Shown one piece after another: positions 1-9,417 of a stretch of DNA of 64,000 bases. Location: NCBI GenBank assembly GCA_963674595.2, contig CAXXFV010000027.1:224001-288000 (forward strand), written 5' to 3'. The notes under the pieces were generated by a model. It ran no database searches and was not told the DNA's origin. It saw nothing but the letters and a program-made list of their open reading frames with translations. A program made the translations under genes and the position numbers. The first letter of the stretch is position 1, and every line of letters begins with the position of its first letter. Source of the DNA: a bacterium (GTDB taxonomy: Bacteria; Zhuqueibacterota; Zhuqueibacteria; Residuimicrobiales; Krinioviventaceae).

Positions 1-760
1 TGCCGATATCAGCACAGCCAAAGTCCCAATACCAATGCCATTTATAATGAACGTATTGCGGATTATAAGGACGCCAGTTTGCAGGTCCCAACCACAAGTC
101 GTAATGCAGCCCTTCAGGAATAGGAGCGTCCTGTTTTTTGCCTATCGTATCACGGGGTTTGAAACAAAGCCCTTTGGCCATATAAATTTCACCCAACTCA
201 CCGGAGTGCAAAAAATCAATGGCTTTGCGGACTCCGTAAATACTTCTGTTTTGCATACCAACAGCAACAACTCTGTTATAACGACGCGCGGCATCAACCA
301 TTTTTCGGCCTTCCCAAATGTTATGAGAAGTAGGTTTTTCAACATATACATGTTTGCCGGCCTGACAAGCCCAGATTGTTGATAAAGCGTGCCAGTGATC
401 GCATGAAGCGATTGAAACAGCATCTATTTCCTTATCATCAAACACTCTTCGCAGATCATATTCTGTTCCGGGTTTTTTACCCTGAAGTTTTTCAACTTCT
501 TCCACTCTGGAAGGAAACAATCTTTCATCAGGATCACACAGTGTTTTTACATGAACGCCATCAATTTTTGCCCATTCACGATAATGATTTTTACCACGTC
601 CATTAATACCTAAAACAGCTATATTTACACGATCATTTGCGCCAAGCACAGTTGATGGCATGATAGAGTAGGCCGCACTGACAGCAGCAACACCTGCGGC
701 TGTTTTTGAGCTGTTTGAAAGAAAATCACGACGAGTAACTTTTTTACTTTTTGGCATCAT
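1..760 (-). CDS. Gfo/Idh/MocA family NAD(P)-dependent oxidoreductase with Tat signal (3' end runs off the window)
   Basis: Not in the ORF track. Manual translation from ATG at 760: MMPKSKKVTRRDFLSNSSKTAAGVAAVSAAYSIMPSTVLGANDRVNIAVLGINGRGKNH...IDAVSIASCDHWHALSTIWACQAGKHVYVEKP. Shows TRRDFL Tat motif, Rossmann GxxGxG-like GINGRG and the family EKP motif; SD AAGGAG upstream. Confidence 0.92.
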   Translation of the reverse strand, partial: MMPKSKKVTRRDFLSNSSKTAAGVAAVSAAYSIMPSTVLGANDRVNIAVLGINGRGKNHYREWAKIDGVHVKTLCDPDERLFPSRVEEVEKLQGKKPGTEYDLRRVFDDKEIDAVSIASCDHWHALSTIWACQAGKHVYVEKPTSHNIWEGRKMVDAARRYNRVVAVGMQNRSIYGVRKAIDFLHSGELGEIYMAKGLCFKPRDTIGKKQDAPIPEGLHYDLWLGPANWRPYNPQYVHYKWHWYWDFGCADIG

Positions 761-880
761 TTTCTCCTTGGGGATCATAATTAATTATTAATAAAAGCGA
801 ATGCTCTTTTTTAAAATTGAACCGGTTTAATCATAATCTAAAATAATTTTCAAAATAGTCAACATTAAATTAAAATTCTT

Positions 881-1705
881 TTACACCTGGCAATGATTAC
901 AGTAAAAAGTGCTTCGCCCCCCCTGTTTTATCCTGATAATTGGCTGTGAACATCTGATGCATTTTTCGCCGGCCCGGCCATATACATTCAAATCCAACTG
1001 AAATATTCCAACTTCACCATCAACATTTCTAAAATCCGTTAACGTGGTGCCTCCCTTTATAATGGCATTTGTTAAAACAACTTTAACAGATTCTATAAGC
1101 AATGCAAGTCTTATCTCATCAAGGTCTTTTGCCGCTGTGGCCGGATTTATACCGGCATCAAACAAGGCTTCATTTGCATATATGTTGCCAATCCCAACAA
1201 CTATTTGGCTATCCAACAAAACTTGTTTAATAGAGCGGGAAAAAGACTTAATTTTAGAAGAAAAATATTTAACATTAAAATCTGTGGTTAATGGTTCAAC
1301 TCCCAAATTTTTTAACCGGGGATGGTTATTTATCATATCTGTCGGACAAAGTTCTAAAAATCCAAATCTACGGGGATCACGAAATCTGAGCTGCAAATCA
1401 TTATCTAATTGAAACAAAACATGGGTATGTTTTTCCAATATCGTATTTTTTGAAAACACTCCCAATCGTCCACTCATGCCCAGGTGTATAATAAGAGTCT
1501 GGTTTCTTTCCAGACTAACAAGTATATATTTGGCCCTTCTTGAGATTTCACAAATTTTGTTCCCGGTTAACAATTTTATAAAATTTTCTTTATCTATTTC
1601 CCATCGTAGTTTTGGCTGATAGACAATTACATTGTTTATCCTATGATTAACAATTTTCTGACGTAAACCACGACAGGTTGTCTCCACTTCAGGCAGTTCC
1701 GGCAT
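881..1705 (-). CDS. mutM: Formamidopyrimidine-DNA glycosylase / AP lyase
   Basis: N-terminal PELPEVE, HLGMSG, DPRRFG, H2TH GIGNIYANE, C-terminal zinc finger CIRC..YCNHCQ. Confidence 0.97.
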   Translation of the reverse strand: MPELPEVETTCRGLRQKIVNHRINNVIVYQPKLRWEIDKENFIKLLTGNKICEISRRAKYILVSLERNQTLIIHLGMSGRLGVFSKNTILEKHTHVLFQLDNDLQLRFRDPRRFGFLELCPTDMINNHPRLKNLGVEPLTTDFNVKYFSSKIKSFSRSIKQVLLDSQIVVGIGNIYANEALFDAGINPATAAKDLDEIRLALLIESVKVVLTNAIIKGGTTLTDFRNVDGEVGIFQLDLNVYGRAGEKCIRCSQPIIRIKQGGRSTFYCNHCQV

Positions 1706-1707
1706 AT

Positions 1708-2832
1708 CTATTTAATCCTGTTTTGAAATTTTTGTACTGCAAATCCGAAAATTGTTCCACTAAAAATTAATAAAGCAATTCCCTGACTATAAAGATGATG
1801 TAACTCTGCTCCTTTTACAAATATTTCACGAATAATAACCATAAAATATCTTAATGGATTTACATAACTTAAAATCTGTGCAAATTTTGGCATATTTTCT
1901 ATGGGAAAAACAAAGCCGGACATTAAAAATATAAATATCATTGCAAACCAGGTCATAAAAAGCGCCTGTTGTTGGGTATGTGCAATAGATGAAACAAACA
2001 AACCCAGCCCAAGACAGGTAAAGATATAAATGACGGCAAATAATGCAAATAGAAATAAATTACCGACAATTGGAATATCGTACCACAATTTTGCAAAAAC
2101 AATGGCAATAACCAATTCAATAATACCCAGGATGGCAAAGGGTACAATTTTACCAATTAAAAGCTCATATTTTTTAATGGGTGTTACCAGCAACTGTTCC
2201 AACGTTCCGATTTCCCGTTCACGGACCAGGCCCATGGCAGACAATAAAGAAGTTATCATGGTCAGCAAAAAAGCAGCAATCCCGGGGATCATAAAATCGC
2301 TATAGACTAATTCCGGATTATACCAGATACGAATTTTGGGGACTACTCTTTTCATGTCGCCGGATTTTACAAAACTTTTTTGTTTAATGTCCAATAGCTC
2401 TTTTTGATAATCCTGCAATATTCCGGCGATATATCCCAGGGTAATATTGGCAGAATTAGAGTCCTGACCATCAAGTAAAACCTGTATATCAGTTTTTTGT
2501 TGTTTAAGCATATTTTGGGACAAATCATTAGGTATTATAACAGCTACCTGTGCTTTGCCCGAGTTTAAATATTCGGCAATTTTTTGTTCTTCGGTCTCAT
2601 AATATTTCAGTTTAAAATATCCGGATGCTTTCATTTTACGTACAATTTGAAAACTGTGCTGGGACCGGTCAAGATCACAGATAACAGCCGTTATATTTCT
2701 AACTTCTGCTGAAATAACATATCCGAGAATGATTAACTGAATAACCGGCATTATAAGCGTAATTCCGATCATTGAACGATCTCTGCGGATTTGCCGGAAT
2801 TCTTTTTTAATAATATGTTTAATTCTATTCAC
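1708..2832 (-). CDS. ABC-2 type transporter permease (YbhR-like)
   Basis: KEFRQIRRD start, YNPEL, VREREIGTLEQLLVTP, NPLRYF; 6 TM pattern; GTG start. Confidence 0.9.
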   Translation of the reverse strand: MNRIKHIIKKEFRQIRRDRSMIGITLIMPVIQLIILGYVISAEVRNITAVICDLDRSQHSFQIVRKMKASGYFKLKYYETEEQKIAEYLNSGKAQVAVIIPNDLSQNMLKQQKTDIQVLLDGQDSNSANITLGYIAGILQDYQKELLDIKQKSFVKSGDMKRVVPKIRIWYNPELVYSDFMIPGIAAFLLTMITSLLSAMGLVREREIGTLEQLLVTPIKKYELLIGKIVPFAILGIIELVIAIVFAKLWYDIPIVGNLFLFALFAVIYIFTCLGLGLFVSSIAHTQQQALFMTWFAMIFIFLMSGFVFPIENMPKFAQILSYVNPLRYFMVIIREIFVKGAELHHLYSQGIALLIFSGTIFGFAVQKFQNRIK

Positions 2833-3942
2833 TTAATCCTCTAACTTTGTTTTAAATCTTTTAATACTGATGGATAAAAGTAACGTTCCAAAAACCACTA
2901 AATATATAGCGGGAAGATAAAGATAAGTGTGGTCTATTCCCTTTAGCATGATTCCACGAATAATAACCAGATAGTATTTTGCAGGAATAAACATTGATAA
3001 AACTCTTAAAAATATAGGCAATGCATAAATGGGAAACATAAAACCGGATAATAATAGAGAAGGTAATAGAGTCCCAACGATTGAAAGCATTAATGCAACC
3101 TGCTGTGTTTGTGCTGTTGTGGAAATAAAAACTCCCAAACTTAGACTGGCATAAATAAATATCATTGTAAAAACTAACAATAAAAATAGATTACCGCGCA
3201 TGGGAACATTAAAAACAACCTGACCTAATAATATCACAAGCAGAGAAATAATTAAACCGATAATAATATAAGGCGCAACTTTGCCGATAATAATTTCATG
3301 TGATTTAATAGGTGATACAAGTATCTGCTCCATTGTTCCGGTTTCTTTTTCTCTTACTATGGTGACAGATGTTAAAATAGCACATATCATGGTCATAAGT
3401 ACGGCCACCAAACCGGGGACAATAAAATGAGCACTTTTGAGATCAGGATTATACCAAATTCTCGGTTCCAGTGAAATTAAAGGTTCAATTTTATGCTGAC
3501 CCTTTTCAGTGGAAAAACTGGTTACAAGATTTTTTATATAATTAATGGCTATCGTCGCGGTATTTGCATTGGACCCGTCAACAATAACCTGCACATCGGT
3601 TTCAGCTTTGGTACGCAATGATTCACTAAATCCCTGAGGGATAACAACAACGGCAATAACTTTACGCATAGCCATCAATTCATGGACCTGTTCAACTTTG
3701 TCAGGCTCTTCCTGAATGGTAAAATAATCGGCATTTGTAAATGACTCTACCAGTTTTCTGGAATCTGCAGTTCGCTCATAATCGATAACACCCAATTTCA
3801 AATCTTTAATATCAAATGTAATCGCATATCCATAAAGCAAAATCATAATTAAAGGCATTAAAAATATAATAGCAAGACTGCGCGGGTCCCGAAGGATATG
3901 AATCATCTCTTTTCTAAAAACAGGAACAATTCTGGATTTCAT
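2833..3942 (-). CDS. ABC-2 type transporter permease (YbhS-like)
   Basis: KEMIHILRDPRSL, YNPDLKS, VREKETGTMEQILVSP. Confidence 0.9.
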   Translation of the reverse strand: MKSRIVPVFRKEMIHILRDPRSLAIIFLMPLIMILLYGYAITFDIKDLKLGVIDYERTADSRKLVESFTNADYFTIQEEPDKVEQVHELMAMRKVIAVVVIPQGFSESLRTKAETDVQVIVDGSNANTATIAINYIKNLVTSFSTEKGQHKIEPLISLEPRIWYNPDLKSAHFIVPGLVAVLMTMICAILTSVTIVREKETGTMEQILVSPIKSHEIIIGKVAPYIIIGLIISLLVILLGQVVFNVPMRGNLFLLLVFTMIFIYASLSLGVFISTTAQTQQVALMLSIVGTLLPSLLLSGFMFPIYALPIFLRVLSMFIPAKYYLVIIRGIMLKGIDHTYLYLPAIYLVVFGTLLLSISIKRFKTKLED

Positions 3943-3967
3943 ATATACTTCCTAAAAATTTTACTAT

Positions 3968-4696
3968 TTAACGATCTATCAAATGGATAAAAACATCCTG
4001 AATATTATTTAAGGAATATTTCTCCTTGAGCTGTTTCGGCGAACCCATTGCAATAATTTTCCCGCTATGCATAATGGAAATTCGATTACAATATTCCACT
4101 TCATCCATATAGTGTGTTGTAACAAAAATTGTCGTTCCGTTCTGGGCCAGATCATATATCTTTTGCCAGAACTCTCTTCTAGAAATGGGATCAACACCAC
4201 CGGTCGGTTCATCTAAAAATAATATTTTCGGTTTATGCAAAATAGAACAACCAAGAGCAAGCCGCTGCTTCCAGCCCAAAGGCAGGTCTCCTGTTAACTT
4301 GTTTGCCAAATCTTCAAGATCAAAATCAGTCAGTGTGTTCTCAATAACATCTTTTAACTGATTTTTCTCAAGACCGTAGACACCACCAAAAAATTCAATA
4401 TTTTCTTTAACTGTCAAATCATCGTATAAAGAAAATTTTTGTGACATATAACCGATATTTTGTTTAATCTTGTCTGTCTCTTTATAAACGTCAAATCCTT
4501 CAATTCGGGCTTGTCCTGAACTGGGCAAAAGTAATCCGCATAACATTCGGATTGTTGTGGTTTTACCAGCGCCATTGGCACCAAGAAAGCCGAAAATTTC
4601 TCCATCAAACACCTGAAAGGATATATTGTCAACAGCGACAAAATCACCAAACCGGCGTGTTAATTCATTTACATTTACAGAAATATCTCGTGTCAT
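3968..4696 (-). CDS. ABC transporter ATP-binding protein (resembles C-terminal half of YbhF)
   Basis: Walker A GANGAGKT, degenerate signature LPLGWKQR, Walker B LFLDEPT, H-loop TTHYM. Confidence 0.92.
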   Translation of the reverse strand: MTRDISVNVNELTRRFGDFVAVDNISFQVFDGEIFGFLGANGAGKTTTIRMLCGLLLPSSGQARIEGFDVYKETDKIKQNIGYMSQKFSLYDDLTVKENIEFFGGVYGLEKNQLKDVIENTLTDFDLEDLANKLTGDLPLGWKQRLALGCSILHKPKILFLDEPTGGVDPISRREFWQKIYDLAQNGTTIFVTTHYMDEVEYCNRISIMHSGKIIAMGSPKQLKEKYSLNNIQDVFIHLIDR

Positions 4697-4699
4697 AAT

Positions 4700-5608
4700 T
4701 TATTTCTTCATTAATTCAACAAAAACGTCTTCAATTCCAGGTTTAATAGGTTTAGCCGTATAGGAACCCTGTTCTAAAATGTCTTTAACGGAATGTAACA
4801 TTTCACTTTTATCGTTTCCCAATAAATGTATTCGGTCGCCAAAAACCTGAACAGAATCAAATTTATCTGAAGAACTTAGCTTTCGTGATGTGGTTACAAA
4901 ATCCTGACATTCTATTTCCAATAAAGATTTATCAAGCAAATCAGGGATATTTTCAGGTTTGTCTTTGGCTAACATTTTTCCTTTATGGACAAAAGCAATC
5001 TCATCACACTTGGCGGCCTCATCCATATAGGGTGTGGAAACTAGTATGGTTACACCTTCATTCTTTAAATCTTTAAGAATCTCCCAAAATTCTTTACGGG
5101 AAACCGGATCGACACCGGTTGTGGGTTCATCAAGAAACAACAGTTTTGGTGTATGAATGAGCGTACAGGACAGGGCCAGCTTTTGCTTCATGCCTCCGGA
5201 AAGTGCCTGAGACTGTCGGTTTTTAAAGGGTCCTAATTTGCTAAAATGCAAAAGCCGCTGCATGCGTTTTTCTCTTTCATCTTTGGGAACCTGAAACAGA
5301 TCCGCAAAAAATTTCAAATTTTCTGCAACCGTCAAATCCGGATAAAGAGAAAACCGCTGCGGCATGTAGCCGATAAAAGCGCGAATTTTGTGCGTTTCTT
5401 TATTTGCATCCAACCCGGCGATTTTGCAACTTCCGGCGTCAGCCGCCAGCAAACCACACAAAATACGCATGGTCGTTGTTTTTCCGGCACCATCAGGCCC
5501 AATCAACCCCACCATCTTACCCTGATCAACATGAAGGTTCAGTCCGTCAACAGCTTTAACCGTTCCGTAACTTTTTTCAAGATTTTCAATTATTATATCG
5601 AATTTCAT
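4700..5608 (-). CDS. ABC transporter ATP-binding protein (resembles N-terminal half of YbhF)
   Basis: GPDGAGKT, LSGGMKQK, LDEPT; H-loop replaced by STPYM. Confidence 0.92.
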   Translation of the reverse strand: MKFDIIIENLEKSYGTVKAVDGLNLHVDQGKMVGLIGPDGAGKTTTMRILCGLLAADAGSCKIAGLDANKETHKIRAFIGYMPQRFSLYPDLTVAENLKFFADLFQVPKDEREKRMQRLLHFSKLGPFKNRQSQALSGGMKQKLALSCTLIHTPKLLFLDEPTTGVDPVSRKEFWEILKDLKNEGVTILVSTPYMDEAAKCDEIAFVHKGKMLAKDKPENIPDLLDKSLLEIECQDFVTTSRKLSSSDKFDSVQVFGDRIHLLGNDKSEMLHSVKDILEQGSYTAKPIKPGIEDVFVELMKK

Positions 5609-5635
5609 AACTTCCTCTAGCTGTTGATGAATATG

Positions 5636-6520
5636 CTAATCAAGATAAACATCAGCAGGCATTCCAATTTTCAATTCACCCTCGGGATTATCAATAAGGA
5701 CTTTAACAGCATAAACAAGATCGGCACGAGCTTCCTTTGTTTGTACATTTTTAGGTGTAAATTCAGCCTTTGGTGAAATCCAGGAAACATGCCCGACAAA
5801 CTCTTTTGAATTTTTTGAGCCGGCAAAAATTCTAACTTTAGCCCCTATTTTAATTTTAAGCAACTCATCATCAGGCACATAAAACTTGAACCTCATTTTC
5901 TTCATATCGGCAATATTAGCAACAGACATACCGGCAACCGCCATTTCACCTTCTTCAAGTAACTTGTCGATGACAATACCTTCCAAAGGAGAAATAATAC
6001 AAAAATCCTGTAACTGCCTGTCTAAAAGGTCAATTTTTAACTCAAGTTGCTGTTTTTTTGAATATAAAATTTCAAGACTTGTTTTTGCGTTTTCATACTG
6101 TTTTTGAGCTGTTAAATAGGCTGTCTCGATATCATCAAATTGCTGTTGTGTTGTACTATTTTCAGCTAATAACGCTTTTATTCGCTGATACTTTTTTTCC
6201 GTATTTTGCAAATTGTCCTTTGCCACATCGATACTTCGTTGGGCGTTCTTAATATTAAGACGCAATTCATCAAGACCGGCTATTAATTGCTGTTTTTGAA
6301 GAAAAACTTTATCAGAATCCAATACGGCAATAACACTCCCCTTTTCAATATATTGTCCCTCTTTAACCAGCATGTTTGTGACTCTACCGGTTGCTTCAGA
6401 ACTGATTAAAACTTCTGTTGCCTCTATTGTACCAGAACCATAAAAAGCTTTATCGCCATTACCGGAGCAGCCTATAAAAAGAGCAACGAGCATTAAAGTG
6501 CTAAATATATATTTTTTCAT
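5636..6520 (-). CDS. HlyD/YbhG-like periplasmic adaptor lipoprotein
   Basis: Lipobox FIGC, SGTIEATEV, coiled hairpin, AEFTPKNVQT..R..LVYAVK, LKIGMPADV. Confidence 0.9.
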   Translation of the reverse strand: MKKYIFSTLMLVALFIGCSGNGDKAFYGSGTIEATEVLISSEATGRVTNMLVKEGQYIEKGSVIAVLDSDKVFLQKQQLIAGLDELRLNIKNAQRSIDVAKDNLQNTEKKYQRIKALLAENSTTQQQFDDIETAYLTAQKQYENAKTSLEILYSKKQQLELKIDLLDRQLQDFCIISPLEGIVIDKLLEEGEMAVAGMSVANIADMKKMRFKFYVPDDELLKIKIGAKVRIFAGSKNSKEFVGHVSWISPKAEFTPKNVQTKEARADLVYAVKVLIDNPEGELKIGMPADVYLD

Positions 6521-6532
6521 AACTCAATTCCT

Positions 6533-7876
6533 TTAATTATTATTGATATGATAATACTTTTCACTGATTCCTAAAGCATGACGCCAGTTGGACTTTGCTA
6601 AAAAATAATTTAATTCGGTGCGGGCCTGTTCCAGTTTAGCTCGATTGAGGTCTGATTGTGCATCCAAAACCTGACTATTTGTAGCCTGACCGTTTTTATA
6701 ACTATTGACTACAACATTATAAGCTTCCTCAGCCTGATTGACCATTTGCTGAGTAACATTAAAACTTTTAACAGCTTCATTGACCCAATAGCCGGCTTTT
6801 TTTACTTCAAGCGTTACCATACGTTCAAGCTGTTCCCAATTTTGTTCTAAAACATTAATTTTAATTTTTACCTGCTGTACTTTGGAACCGGTTGTTTTCC
6901 AATTCCAGAGATTCCATTTTAAACCCAAACCGGCCACCCAATAATCCATCCAGTCTTTTTTCACATAATCCAAACCGGGCTTTCCGTAGCCATAACTTGC
7001 ATAGGCAAATACATTAGGCAATTTTGCCCCGGAGACTGCTTTTTTGCTAAAGGTTAAAGCCTGCTTGTTCGAATTTAAAACATCAAATTCGACACGATTA
7101 TCTAGAGCCATTTGAATGGATTCATTTATTGTAACAGTTTCCATTGTATTTATTTCCAATGTTTTTAATGTTTCATCCACTGAAATATCCCGGCCAACCA
7201 GACTTGCTAAAACAGCACAAGCCGTTTCAAGCGCATTCTGTCCTTTAATAAGTGATAAATCCGCTTCAGACAATCTTACCTTTACACTCATAACTTCATC
7301 ATATCGGGCCAATCCCTGATCGAAATAATTTTTAATGTCGTTTAAATGACTTGTAATCTGCTTTTTACTGACCTCCAAAATCTCTATTTGTTTTTTCAAA
7401 AGACAAATATTAGCATATGCAGATTCTACTTTATAAATCAATTGTAAACGATTTTGTTTTTTTTCATATTCTTTGGATTTTAAAAGAGAATTTGATGATA
7501 ACAGATTATTTTTAAGACTAAACCCGGTAAACAATGGTTGAGAAAGAGTTAAACGAAAATCATAAGAGTCCTTTACACCCATTTCAACCGGTTTTATATT
7601 TAGAGTATTGAATCCCGGTATAGCACCAAATCCCATTTCAGAAATATTAATTTCAGGGACATGACTCTGTTTTTTATAAGAAGATTCAAAATCCAGCGTT
7701 GGCAATAACGCATTTTTTGATTGCTTTTGCTGCTCCTGGCCCAAATCAATCTGATATTGTGAAATTTTAACATCAGGATTGGTTTTTAAAGCCAAATCTA
7801 TACAATCCTCAAGTGTTAATATTTCCTGACCGTTGGCTGCAACAGCAATTAATAATATAAAGAATAACTTTTTCAT
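6533..7876 (-). CDS. TolC family outer membrane efflux protein
   Basis: Signal peptide, LTLEDCIDLALKTNP, LSQPLFTG, repeated OEP halves. Confidence 0.9.
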   Translation of the reverse strand: MKKLFFILLIAVAANGQEILTLEDCIDLALKTNPDVKISQYQIDLGQEQQKQSKNALLPTLDFESSYKKQSHVPEINISEMGFGAIPGFNTLNIKPVEMGVKDSYDFRLTLSQPLFTGFSLKNNLLSSNSLLKSKEYEKKQNRLQLIYKVESAYANICLLKKQIEILEVSKKQITSHLNDIKNYFDQGLARYDEVMSVKVRLSEADLSLIKGQNALETACAVLASLVGRDISVDETLKTLEINTMETVTINESIQMALDNRVEFDVLNSNKQALTFSKKAVSGAKLPNVFAYASYGYGKPGLDYVKKDWMDYWVAGLGLKWNLWNWKTTGSKVQQVKIKINVLEQNWEQLERMVTLEVKKAGYWVNEAVKSFNVTQQMVNQAEEAYNVVVNSYKNGQATNSQVLDAQSDLNRAKLEQARTELNYFLAKSNWRHALGISEKYYHINNN

Positions 7877-7888
7877 ATTTGATAGCCT

Positions 7889-8515
7889 CTATTTTCTTGG
7901 TAGTAATCCATAAAGAATTAAATCTGCAATTGCTTTTTTTCGTTCTTGCAACATATCATGTATATCAGATTTACCATTAAACCACATCTCTGCATAAATT
8001 GGATATAACAAAAAAGTTGATATATTAAGTCCCGCAATACTCAACATTGTTTGTCCTACGTCCACATCTCGTACTTTGCCTTCATTTCGAGCAATTTCAA
8101 ATTGCCCGGCAAATTTATCTAAAAATGTTACTTGTAACGAGTGGAAAAATTTTTTAATGACTTTTTTTGAAATTGGATTATAGTTATTTATTTCACGCAC
8201 AATAATATTTGGCAGGTATGGATGAGCCGCTAAAAAATCAATGTGTGAATGAACAAAACTTTCTATAAAATCGGCAATATTACCTGAAGTGATATTTACT
8301 TTATCAAAACCTTTGAAAAAAGAGTCTAATGTTTCAGTGATAATTTTTTCAAACAGTAATTCTTTGGAATTAAAATAGTAATAAATCATGGCCTTGTTTA
8401 CACCTGCTTTTTCAGCTATTTCCTGCATACGGGCGCCATCATATCCCTTTTCGACAAAAACCTGAAAAGCAACTTTGATTATTTTTTCTCTTGTATTTTC
8501 ACTTTGTTCCATCAT
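7889..8515 (-). CDS. TetR/AcrR family transcriptional regulator
   Basis: HTH FVEKGYDGARMQEIAEKAGVNKAMIYYYFNSKE; first gene of the efflux operon. Confidence 0.95.
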   Translation of the reverse strand: MMEQSENTREKIIKVAFQVFVEKGYDGARMQEIAEKAGVNKAMIYYYFNSKELLFEKIITETLDSFFKGFDKVNITSGNIADFIESFVHSHIDFLAAHPYLPNIIVREINNYNPISKKVIKKFFHSLQVTFLDKFAGQFEIARNEGKVRDVDVGQTMLSIAGLNISTFLLYPIYAEMWFNGKSDIHDMLQERKKAIADLILYGLLPRK

Positions 8516-8524
8516 TTTTCCTTT

Positions 8525-8557
8525 AACTAACTATTTAGTTTAACTAACCGTTTGGTT
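8525..8557. promoter_or_regulatory. Tandem palindromic operators, probably bound by the adjacent TetR
   Basis: AACTAA-ctat-TTAGTT (8525-8540, perfect 6-4-6) and AACTAA-ccgt-TTGGTT (8542-8557, one mismatch), lying between the -10 box and the tetR start. Confidence 0.75.
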
Positions 8558-8562
8558 AATTG

Positions 8563-8591
8563 AATGTAAATAATATACCTCTTCTTGTCAA
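8563..8591 (-). promoter_or_regulatory. Sigma70-type promoter of the tetR efflux operon
   Basis: Minus strand TTGACA (8591-8586), 17 nt spacer, TACATT (8568-8563). Confidence 0.7.
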
Positions 8592-8660
8592 GCTTTTTTT
8601 AGAAATTTTATATTTAATGGTGGAAATGTAGTAAAAAAAGGCAGGCCTGGTAAACAATTA

Positions 8661-9314
8661 CTACCTGTCAGACGGGTTTTTCCAGTTGAAATTTGGGGTT
8701 TTAAATGAGGATTGGTTGGATTGTTGTTTTTTCATCAGATGCCGTTGAATTTTTGTATTAGAAAATTCAGGAGCTCGAACAGATTTATCCAATTTTTCAG
8801 CCTGAGCAATACTTGTACGCTCCCGGCAAATAGCATAAATTTCCATTAAATTAAGGTTTGTAGGAATTTTAATTTTCTTTTGGAATCTGGATTGAGGTTC
8901 AAGAATAACATAATTCTTATCATAGGTACATCGAGTAAAATCACTCCAAAAGCCTGTTTTTTGTGACTGGTCTCCCCTGTTTGAAATATATTGTACCACA
9001 AAACCTTTGGTATACAAAACCCACTGCTGGTCCATACTTTTGCTGGAAAAAAATTTAATAACAGGAGTGATAATAAAAAAAAGTAAATAAAGAACAATGG
9101 CAGGAATTTTTTTAATCCAGGGAAGTAATTGTTCACCATAAAAGAAAAGGAAAACAGCGATAGAAACTAATAATCCAAGTATATAAAAAAGAAACTTTTT
9201 CGATTTTTTGGGTTTGTATAGCCAACTGGTAATAACGGAACCCAAATTTTTTTGCTCTTCCTCATCATCCCATTTATTTATCAAATTTTTAATTTTAGTA
9301 TTTTGTATGTCCAT
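8661..9314 (-). CDS. Hypothetical membrane protein (2 TM, soluble C-terminal domain)
   Basis: 217 aa ORF filling the gap; two hydrophobic helices; no recognised motif. Confidence 0.7.
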   Translation of the reverse strand: MDIQNTKIKNLINKWDDEEEQKNLGSVITSWLYKPKKSKKFLFYILGLLVSIAVFLFFYGEQLLPWIKKIPAIVLYLLFFIITPVIKFFSSKSMDQQWVLYTKGFVVQYISNRGDQSQKTGFWSDFTRCTYDKNYVILEPQSRFQKKIKIPTNLNLMEIYAICRERTSIAQAEKLDKSVRAPEFSNTKIQRHLMKKQQSNQSSFKTPNFNWKNPSDR

Positions 9315-9417
9315 AACAATGTCTTTATTTAAATTTTATTATATTTTTAATAATTTAAACAATCTTTTTTGTTAAAGCAAGACAATACAAAATTTTTCTT
9401 TTTATTAAAATTAAAAA

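Noticed and set aside
35-606. Short ORFs 35..382, 142..423 and 376..606
   Set aside because: Shadow frames of the real minus-strand Gfo/Idh/MocA gene (760 to the window edge).
3968-5608. Two tandem ABC ATPases with degenerate motifs as a frameshifted pseudogene
   Set aside because: Each has its own start and stop; the LPLG signature and missing H-loop match the two halves of YbhF-type ATPases.
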